From the IMG/VR virus record IMGVR_UViG_3300032373_000065, positions 1-35,421 of that record: DNA of 35,421 nucleotides; one strand, 5' to 3'. The notes under the pieces are model-generated. The model was not told the origin of the DNA. It did no database searches and saw only the letters and a list, made by a program, of their open reading frames with translations. Positions 35,311 through 35,421 of this stretch are shown one piece after another. Every line of letters begins with the position of its first letter. Within the stretch, counting starts at the first letter, position 1. Source of the stretch: a virus (taxonomy: Duplodnaviria > Caudoviricetes). Made by a program: the position numbers and the translations under genes.

Positions 35311-35421
35311 AGAGCTTTTGCATTTTTCACCATATTTCTCAAAAATCCATTATCACCCTCAAAACCCTATCATATGGCGGTTTCAGGCAACCACTAAAAA
35401 ACACATACACCGCAAAGACTC

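Larger units (their letters stand above)
1..35421. mobile_element. Temperate phage genome (lambdoid control region, P22-like podovirus virion genes), probably complete and excised
   Basis: Full ordered gene set from integrase to lysis; attP-like site at the right end would sit just upstream of int if the molecule is circular; no host genes seen. Confidence 0.93.

Noticed and set aside
1-35421. Alternative genetic code / stop-codon reassignment
   Set aside because: Genes are intact and densely packed under the standard bacterial code

Overview
The window appears to be one essentially complete temperate phage genome of about 35.4 kb. It is probably the excised or circular form, opened just upstream of the integrase. 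The left part is lambdoid: int/xis, a leftward operon of small early genes, exonuclease plus ERF recombinase, a cI/cro switch with 17-bp operators, cII, a replication initiator containing iterons, an SF4 helicase, a nin-like region and a Q-like gene. The right part is a P22-like podovirus late region (TerS/TerL, portal, scaffold, capsid, adaptor, nozzle, three ejection proteins, tail fibre), followed by a lysis cassette with embedded Rz/Rz1. It ends in an attP whose core resembles the 3' end of tRNA-Asn. The strongest unexplained signal is a covarying hairpin/palindrome, GTC-GWGAY-GAC, found five times, always at late-module boundaries and mostly next to ribosome-binding sites. It is a candidate undescribed late-gene regulatory system. 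Other notable items are a C5 DNA methyltransferase split by a G8 tract (possibly phase-variable), a gene whose ATGA junction reads ACGA, twin covarying hairpins in the scaffold leader, a leaderless antisense membrane-peptide gene in the sieA position, and a RelA/SpoT-type HD hydrolase. All protein calls come from motif recognition and synteny; no database searches were run.
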